Of a stretch of 64,000 nt of DNA, positions 57,632-64,000 are shown in pieces. Position 1 is the stretch's first letter; the number at the start of each line of letters is the position of its first letter. The translations under genes were made by a program, and so were the position numbers. The notes under the pieces were generated by a model, which saw only the letters and a program-made list of their open reading frames with translations, had not been told where the DNA came from and searched no databases. Origin of the DNA: an uncultured Actinomycetes bacterium (GTDB lineage: Bacteria; Actinomycetota; Thermoleophilia; RBG-16-64-13); contig CAWJDT010000001.1 of the NCBI GenBank assembly GCA_963841735.1, positions 992,001-1,056,000 of the forward strand, written 5' to 3'.

Positions 57632-60408
57632 CGAGTCTCGGCCGTCTGCCTCGCGGCGATCGACCTGGCCTGTGCCTCCGACAGGAAGGCCAAGGTCCGC
57701 TCGGCATCCATGGGCTCAGAGAAGTGAAAACCCTGTCCAAACCGGCAGCCCAGATCTGCCAGCTTGTCGCGCTGGCCCTCGTGTTCTATGCCTTCGGCGA
57801 CCGTGTACAAGTCGAGGCTATCGGCCAAGCCGATGATGGCCCGAGCCATGGCGGACCGGTGCCGGCTCTTGAGCAGGTCGTCGATGAATGGCTTGGCGAT
57901 CTTCACACAATCGAAGGGGAAAGCGTGCAGTCGGCCCAATGATGAGTAGCCGGTGCCGAAATCGTCGATCGATAGTAGGACTCCCAACTGCTTGATGGCC
58001 CACAGCTTGGTGGAGGTGAGCTGCTCGTCCTCGATCAACGCGAACTCCGTCACCTCGAGGGTCAGTTGTGACGGTTCCAGGCGGCTCGACTCAATGGCCT
58101 CCGCTATCAGGGAGACGATGGTAGGCTCTCGGAGCTGGCGGGGCGAAAGGTTGACCGCGATAGTCAGAGGTTGGCCGCGCGGGGCAAGATGATCCCAGGC
58201 CTTAGTTTGTCGGCAAGCCTCCATGAGGATCTGGCGACCCAGGGTAGTGATCTGCCCGGTCTTCTCGGCCACAGCGATGAATTCGGAGGGCAGGAGCAGG
58301 CCTCGGGTGGGATGTTGCCAACGCGCCAAGGCTTCCAAACCTATGGGCCGGCCTGAAGCAATCTCAACAATCGGCTGGTAGTAGACCACGAACTCGCGGT
58401 TGGCTATGGCCCGGCGCAGATCGGCCTGTACCTCAAGGCGGGCGCGGATGGCCACCTGCATGCCGGGCTGGAAGACCTCAAACGCGTTCTTGCCCTTGGC
58501 CTTGGCCGAATACATGGCGATATCGGCGTTGCGGAGCAACTCCTCGGCGGTGCAGTCGCCTCCCGAGCTGGCGATGCCGATGCTTGCGGAGAGCGGCACT
58601 CTGTGTTCGTCAATAATGAACGGCTCTCTTAGACACGCAAGAGCCTTTTCGGCGACGCTGACGGCGTGGAAGACGTCCGCCGTGTCTTCGATGAGCACGG
58701 CGAACTCGTCACCCCCCAGCCGAGCGGCCGTGTCGCTGGATCTGATGACCGAGTGGAGTCTTCTGGCGACCTCGACCAAAAGAGCGTCACCCATGAGGTG
58801 CCCAAAGTGATCGTTGACCAGTTTGAAATCATCGAGGTCCAAGAATAGAACCGCGAGTTGGCCGCCCGTGCGAGACGCTCGAGTGAGCGCATGCTCCAGG
58901 CGGTCTCTCAGAAGAACGCGGTTGGCCAACTTCGTCAGGGGGTCGTAGAAGATCTGCCGCTCCAACTGCCTCTCGAAGCGCACTCGTTCCTCCACGTCGC
59001 GTATGGTGAGGACGAGACCCTGCACCACGGGTTCGTCGATCAGGTTGGCGATGGTCACGGCGAAGTGACGCCAGGCGCCCTGCGCATCCTTGACGAGCCA
59101 CTCGCTTTCCACCTGGCCGCGCGGTTCGTCAAGGCATTCAGCGATGGTGGCGAGTGCCGAGGCCCGGATGTCTGGATGTAGAAGGTCGATCATCTTGACT
59201 GTTCCGGCCACCGCGTTCTTGACGTCGAGTAGGCGCTCAGCCGAGGGAGTGCCATACGAGATGGTGGTATCCGCACCGGTTACGAGTATGACGTCGGACG
59301 AGTTGGTCACCAGCGCGCGGAACCTCTGCTCACTTTGGTTTACGGCTCGGACGGCTTGGAGGCGCCCGTTCTCGACAGCCGTAACCATCTGGCGGCACAC
59401 GACTACCAGCGACAGCGCCATGGCGCAGAAGAGCAGCGCGTCCAGGGTAGGGGTCAAGAGTCCGCGGGTCTGTTGCACGGCCAAGATGAGGGCGGACAGG
59501 ACCGCGGCGAAGGGCAGCAGCTTTGCGAAAGCACTCGGCCTTTCCCACCACTCGGCCGAGCGCCGGCTGGATCGGGGGGAGGCACAGTAGGCCGCCCAGG
59601 CAAGCGAGCCTATTGAAACCATGTAGATGGCGTCTGACGCGCCTCCAGATGTGTAGACTCCGCGGGCAGTCTCCCCACCCATGAGCACGTCGCTCGCCAG
59701 CGCCGCGCAACATCCGAACACGATCATGAGTGTGGCGGTCTGTGGCAACGTGCGCTGCTTCAGCAGCGCATACCGGGCGACAGCGGCCAGCATGAGTATG
59801 TCTCCGAGGGCGTTGGCAGTGGTGAAGACCGACGTGAGGGCATCCGTGTGGCCCATCTCAAATGCTGGGACGACCCAGAGGAAGGTGACCGCCATACCGC
59901 CGGCCAGTAGGACGATGACGAAATCAAGCCAACCGCCGGCGGCCTCCAGCCCGGAAGGCTTCAGGCGCTGGGCCCCGTCGCGCGGCAGGAGTAGCAGACC
60001 GGCGTAGATGAGCGGATACGCCACAAGATATGCTACGAACGTGAGCCAAGGAGTGGAATGGTCGCTGCCAACGAGCGAGCCGATCAAGTGTCCCAAGCTC
60101 GTCACTTGGATGATCAGCAGGCCGGCCGACAGGAGCAGCCAGGCTCGAGACCAACCCGCGAGCTTCGCCTGCCTCAGGGCGAGCCCCCCAGCGCCGAGAG
60201 TTATGAGCAACTGTCCGACGTTGGCAAGGACAAAGTGCCCGCTGAGTCGCCCGGTGAAGCTGCCGATCACGTAGAGGCACACCAGTATGGTGATCATCCC
60301 CAGGGTCAGCCCGGCGATGCGTGGCCGTGCGGAGTGCGCACACGAAGGCGCGGCCTTCTTGCGCGAAATTCCCCGACTAGTTTTGTGATCGGAAGCTGAG
60401 AGCTTCAC
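57619..60408 (-). CDS. Membrane-PAS-GGDEF-EAL c-di-GMP turnover protein
   Basis: About 10 TM segments, FRALV.NSSD PAS start, RSSD with GGDEF, EAL and DDFGTGYSS. Start is uncertain. Confidence 0.9.
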   Translation of the reverse strand: MKLSASDHKTSRGISRKKAAPSCAHSARPRIAGLTLGMITILVCLYVIGSFTGRLSGHFVLANVGQLLITLGAGGLALRQAKLAGWSRAWLLLSAGLLIIQVTSLGHLIGSLVGSDHSTPWLTFVAYLVAYPLIYAGLLLLPRDGAQRLKPSGLEAAGGWLDFVIVLLAGGMAVTFLWVVPAFEMGHTDALTSVFTTANALGDILMLAAVARYALLKQRTLPQTATLMIVFGCCAALASDVLMGGETARGVYTSGGASDAIYMVSIGSLAWAAYCASPRSSRRSAEWWERPSAFAKLLPFAAVLSALILAVQQTRGLLTPTLDALLFCAMALSLVVVCRQMVTAVENGRLQAVRAVNQSEQRFRALVTNSSDVILVTGADTTISYGTPSAERLLDVKNAVAGTVKMIDLLHPDIRASALATIAECLDEPRGQVESEWLVKDAQGAWRHFAVTIANLIDEPVVQGLVLTIRDVEERVRFERQLERQIFYDPLTKLANRVLLRDRLEHALTRASRTGGQLAVLFLDLDDFKLVNDHFGHLMGDALLVEVARRLHSVIRSSDTAARLGGDEFAVLIEDTADVFHAVSVAEKALACLREPFIIDEHRVPLSASIGIASSGGDCTAEELLRNADIAMYSAKAKGKNAFEVFQPGMQVAIRARLEVQADLRRAIANREFVVYYQPIVEIASGRPIGLEALARWQHPTRGLLLPSEFIAVAEKTGQITTLGRQILMEACRQTKAWDHLAPRGQPLTIAVNLSPRQLREPTIVSLIAEAIESSRLEPSQLTLEVTEFALIEDEQLTSTKLWAIKQLGVLLSIDDFGTGYSSLGRLHAFPFDCVKIAKPFIDDLLKSRHRSAMARAIIGLADSLDLYTVAEGIEHEGQRDKLADLGCRFGQGFHFSEPMDAERTLAFLSEAQARSIAARQTAETRQAR

Positions 60409-60474
60409 GCGTCCGTAGTGGCCAAGTGGTTCCTGTCGGCTGCTTTCTTTCGGAGGGTTGCTCCAGCAGAGCGA

Positions 60475-60502
60475 TTATCGGCTCAGCCTAGCGAACGCTT
60501 TA
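60475..60502 (-). promoter_or_regulatory. Putative sigma28 (FliA/WhiG-type) promoter
   Basis: The minus strand reads TAAA-N16-GCCGATAA about 65 nt upstream of the GGDEF-EAL ORF. Confidence 0.7.
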
Positions 60503-60540
60503 CCTGAAGAGCGCGAGGGGGTTTCTCGGCCCAGGGCTTG

Positions 60541-61410
60541 TCATGCTTCTGAAGCCGGCCGATGCCTGACGAAGTTCCCGGCCTGGAGCTCCCGCCAGGC
60601 CAGATCGAGCTCCGCGACGGTGTTCATGACGATCGGGCCGCCCCAGGCTATCGGCTCCCGCAGCGGCCGGCCGCTGACAAACAGAAAGCGAGCGCCGCCG
60701 TCGCCGGAAGTCACCAACACGCGGTCGCCATCGTCGAGCAAGACGGTGGTCCCAGCCCCCGCCTGGACCTCCTCTCCCCCTTCGCCGTACCGCGCCGCGC
60801 CAGCGAACAAGTAGGCGAAAACGGTATGTCCAGGCTGCGTGTCGTGGCCCCAGTTGGTGCGTGGCTCCAGCGTGACCTCGAAGTACTCCGGTTCGATGGC
60901 GATGTTGCTAACCGGGCCGGTGGAGCCGTCGATGGTCCCGCAGATGACCGCCACGGTAGCGCCTTCCGACTTGACCGTCGGAATATCGGCTGCTTGGACT
61001 CCCAGGTAGCGCGGATCGACCATTTTGCGCGCGGCCGGCAAGTTTGCCCACAGCTGGAATCCGCCCATCCGGCCCGTCGGATCGCCCCGGGGCATCTCCT
61101 GATGAATGATGCCGCTGCCGGCCGTCATCCACTGGATGTCGCCGCTACCGATGGTGCCCTTGTTGCCCAGTGAGTCGGCGTGATCGACCTCACCCTCGAT
61201 GACGTAGGTGATGGTCTCGATCCCCCTGTGAGGGTGCCAAGGGAAGCCCGCCCGGTATTGGGAGGGCTTGTCGCCGCGAAAGTCGTCGAGCATGAGGAAA
61301 GGGTCGAAAACAGTTTCATGCCCGAAACCGAAGGCGCGGCGGAGATGTACACCTGCTCCCTCAATGGTGGGTCGGCTCGGAGAAGTCAGCGCGACTTTGC
61401 GCACAGGCAT
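60541..61410 (-). CDS. Pirin family protein
   Basis: DPFLMLD, GFPWHPHRGIET, WMTAGSGIIHQE and GPIVMN motifs. Confidence 0.93.
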   Translation of the reverse strand: MPVRKVALTSPSRPTIEGAGVHLRRAFGFGHETVFDPFLMLDDFRGDKPSQYRAGFPWHPHRGIETITYVIEGEVDHADSLGNKGTIGSGDIQWMTAGSGIIHQEMPRGDPTGRMGGFQLWANLPAARKMVDPRYLGVQAADIPTVKSEGATVAVICGTIDGSTGPVSNIAIEPEYFEVTLEPRTNWGHDTQPGHTVFAYLFAGAARYGEGGEEVQAGAGTTVLLDDGDRVLVTSGDGGARFLFVSGRPLREPIAWGGPIVMNTVAELDLAWRELQAGNFVRHRPASEA

Positions 61411-61512
61411 GATGTGCTCCCTTCATTGAATCGCCGCGCGATGGCGTTGCCACGGTGTCACGGTGGCTGGTGGGCTGCCGTGGTCACATTGTTCCCACTA
61501 GGCTCACATTGA

Positions 61513-61597
61513 AGGCCGACGGTCCGGCCAGGCCGACGGTCCGGCCAGGCCGACGGTCCGGCCAGGCCGACGGTCCGGCCAGGCCGACGGTCCGGCC
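61513..61597. repeat. Tandem repeat, 5 x 17 bp (AGGCCGACGGTCCGGCC)
   Basis: Five perfect head-to-tail copies with no spacers in the pirin/SDR intergenic region. Confidence 0.95.
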
Positions 61598-61703
61598 GCA
61601 CGTGCCGTCGCCAAGAGCCGGTCGTAGCGCTCCGAAAGGCGCGGCCGGGGCTGATAGCATAGACGACCGGCACAGTCTCCCTGGCCTCGACGGAGGAATC
61701 ATC

Positions 61704-62550
61704 ATGGCGGAAGGTCGAGCGGGCGCGGTTCGTAGCGGGCGCGCCGGTTTCGTCGAACGGTACGGCGCTTGGGCGCTCGTCGCCGGCGCATCTGAAGGTC
61801 TTGGCGCGGCCTACGCCCGGGCGTTGGCCGCGCGCGGCATGGACCTGGTGCTTGTGGCGCGGCGGAAGGAGCCTCTCGAGGTCTTCGCCGGCGAGATACG
61901 AGCAGAATACGGTGTTGAAGCCCGCTGCCACGACGGCGATGTGGCCGACCCGAGGTTTCTGGAGACTCTGCTCGCGATCCTGCTCTGACCTCGATCTGGG
62001 CCTTGTCATCTGCAACGCCGCCCAGTCTCCTATCGGCGATTTCGCGGGCAGAGACAGCCAAGACCTCATGCGCGTGGTCGATGTCAACGTACGTGCTCCC
62101 GTGGTTCTGTTGCGGGCGTTGCTGCCGGGAATGATCGCCCGGGGCCGCGGCGCCGCCATACTCATGACTTCACTCACCGGCAACCAGGGCACGGCCGGCA
62201 TCGCAGCCTATGCGGCTAGCAAGGCGTTTCTGCGGGTGCTGGCCGAAAGCCTCTGGTACGAGCTGAAAGACCAGGGCGTCGACGTGATGGCCTGCATCTG
62301 CGGAGTGGTCCGCACTCCCGGCTACCTGAGCGCGGCCGGAAGGGAGGCCCCCGGTGCTCTCGACCCGGAGCAGGTGGTGGAGCGCGCGCTGCGCGCTCTC
62401 GGGCGGAAGCCGGTGGTCATTCCCGGCCTCATCAACAAGGTGGCCGCCGTGGTCATGACCCGGTTGCTTCCCCGGCGCACGGCCATCGCCCTTCTGGCGA
62501 AGTCCACCGGCAAGTACGCCCAACTCAAAGACACCAAGGGGGCGTCATGA
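61704..62550 (+). pseudogene. SDR oxidoreductase (17beta-HSD3/KAR-like), interrupted by one +1 frameshift (likely sequencing error)
   Basis: [15 protein letters not shown] lies in one frame; CNAA and YAASKAF lie in the next. The shift is near 61977. Removing one base gives a 281-aa ORF. Confidence 0.8.
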
Positions 62551-63637
62551 CCGGCTTCGTCGCGGGCTTCTTCGCGCCCTGGATCATCTACGCGCTCATC
62601 CTGGCGCTTCATCTGGTGATACCGGCCCGCAAGGTGGCGGGCTACGTCGCCGATGCGGCCACCGGCAAGCCCGCTGGAGTACCGGCTGAACGGCCCGCTG
62701 GTACTCGTGGCGCTGGCTCTGCTCTGGGTGCTGTTCGCCCGCACGGGCGTGTCTGGCCTGGGACTGGCTGTACGTGCACCGCTGGTCGGGCCTGATCGGG
62801 TCGGGTGTGCTCGGAGTTCTGTTCAGCCTCGCCGTGGTGCTGAGCGCTCCCAAGACGGGCCGCTCTCTCTTGGCCGACCTCTACTTCGGCCGCGCTCGCG
62901 AACCCGCAGTTCTTCGGGCGCAGGGTCGACGCCAAGATGTTCCTCTATCTTGTCGGCGCCTCCATGCTGGTGTTGAACCTGCTCTCCTTCACGCGCATAC
63001 CACATGCTCAAGTACGGAGATGACTTCTCGCCGGGCGTGCTCCTGTACTGCCTCCTGTTCGGGTGGTTTGCGCTGGAGTACCTGGTGTTCGAGCGGGTGC
63101 ATCTCTACACCTACGACATCTTCGCCGAGAGGGTGGGGTTCAAGCTCGGCTGGGGGTGTTTCACCTTCTACCCGTACTTCTACGCGGTTGGTCTGTGGGC
63201 GGTGGCGCACCGGCCCGATCCGGGTACTCCGTGGTGGCTGCTGGCCATCTACGCCCTCGTCTTCTTCACCGGCTGGGCCATATCGCGGGGTGCCAACATG
63301 CAGAAGTACTACTTCAAGACCCGGCCGGAGCGAGTCTTCCTGGGTTTCATCAAGCCGCGGGCCCTGACCGACGGGGAGAGCAAGCTGCTTTGCAGCGGGT
63401 TCTGGGGGGTGTCCAGGCACGTCAACTACCTTGGGCGAGATTCTGGAAGCGGTGGGCCTGACTCTGGTGTTGGGCTATCCCGGAGCCTGGATAGCGTGGC
63501 TCTATCCGCTGTACTACGTGGCCTTGTTCCTTGCGCGGGAACGGGCCGACGAGCGGCGCTGCGCGGCCAAGTACGGCGAGCTCTGGACAGAGTACACGCG
63601 CTGCGTGCCGCGGCGGATCATCCCTTGGCTCTACTGA
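62547..63637 (+). pseudogene. ERG4/ERG24 (sterol reductase/LBR/DHCR7-like) membrane protein, interrupted by five +1 frameshifts (likely sequencing errors)
   Basis: YRLNG, DLYFGR..NPQ, DAKMF, YDIFAERVGFKLGWG, RGANMQK, LLCSGFWGVSRHVNYLGE and DERRCAAKYG..VP.RIIP occur across successive frames. Removing five bases gives 361 aa. Confidence 0.8.
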
Positions 63638-63721
63638 ACTTTCGCCCACTCTTCCTGAACGTGAGGGGTGCTGATAGCATCGTTAGTCGATGAGCGTCGG
63701 CGACATGCGGAGATGCCCTCT

Positions 63722-64000
63722 ATGAACCTGCTGCAGGCCATCGGCAACACGCCCTTGGTGGAGCTTGTCAATCTGAGCCCGAACCCGGACGCGAGCATCC
63801 TCTGCAAGCTCGAGGGCTGCAACCCCGGCGGATCGGTCAAAGACCGCCCGGCTCTCTATATGATCACCAAGGCCGAGGAGAGTGGCGAGCTCACCAAGGA
63901 CAAGGTCATCCTCGAGCCCACATCGGGTAACACGGGCATCGCCATAGCCATGATCGGGGCGGCCAAGGGCTACAAGGTCGAGCTGTGCATGCCCGAGTGC
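63722..64000 (+). CDS. Cysteine synthase family (CysM/CysK), 5' part (runs off the window)
   Basis: Not in the ORF track. Reads [37 protein letters not shown]. Confidence 0.9.
   Translation, partial: MNLLQAIGNTPLVELVNLSPNPDASILCKLEGCNPGGSVKDRPALYMITKAEESGELTKDKVILEPTSGNTGIAIAMIGAAKGYKVELCMPEC

Noticed and set aside
61513-61597. Possible CRISPR array
   Set aside because: The units are 17 bp and directly adjacent with no spacers, and no cas genes are present in the window.
61971-61990. Selenocysteine read-through at the TGA in the SDR, considered because yedF/DUF3343 hint at Se use
   Set aside because: SDR similarity continues in a different frame, so this is a frameshift. I saw no in-frame TGA at a catalytic Cys position in trxB, DUF3343, YedF or the reductase.

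Overview
High-GC chromosomal window with about 55 tightly packed genes. I found no rRNA, tRNA, CRISPR array or mobile element. Gene content (LCP, GT39, lipoproteins, many apparently leaderless genes, sigma28/WhiG-type promoters, heliorhodopsin) suggests a monoderm, probably a deep-branching actinobacterium. Rubrerythrin, aldehyde:ferredoxin oxidoreductase and a double-cubane-type reductase suggest an anaerobic lifestyle. Both are inferences. Most notable: (1) a six-gene envelope cluster encoding a CotH kinase, a GT39 glycosyltransferase, two Cthe_2159-like beta-helix proteins, a VTC polyphosphate-polymerase domain protein and DUF4956, of unknown function; (2) an ftsH-heliorhodopsin-Fe/S membrane protein operon in which the heliorhodopsin keeps the retinal Lys and Glu counterion but has Leu at both conserved His positions; (3) a double-cubane reductase-DUF3343-YedF/DsrE operon; (4) matching sigma28-type promoters in front of both c-di-GMP enzymes; (5) two paralogous O-acyltransferases flanking marR-ABC; (6) an ERG24/DHCR7-like sterol reductase homologue and an SDR broken by six consecutive +1 frameshifts, probably sequencing errors. 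All family calls come from motif recognition by eye; no database search was run.
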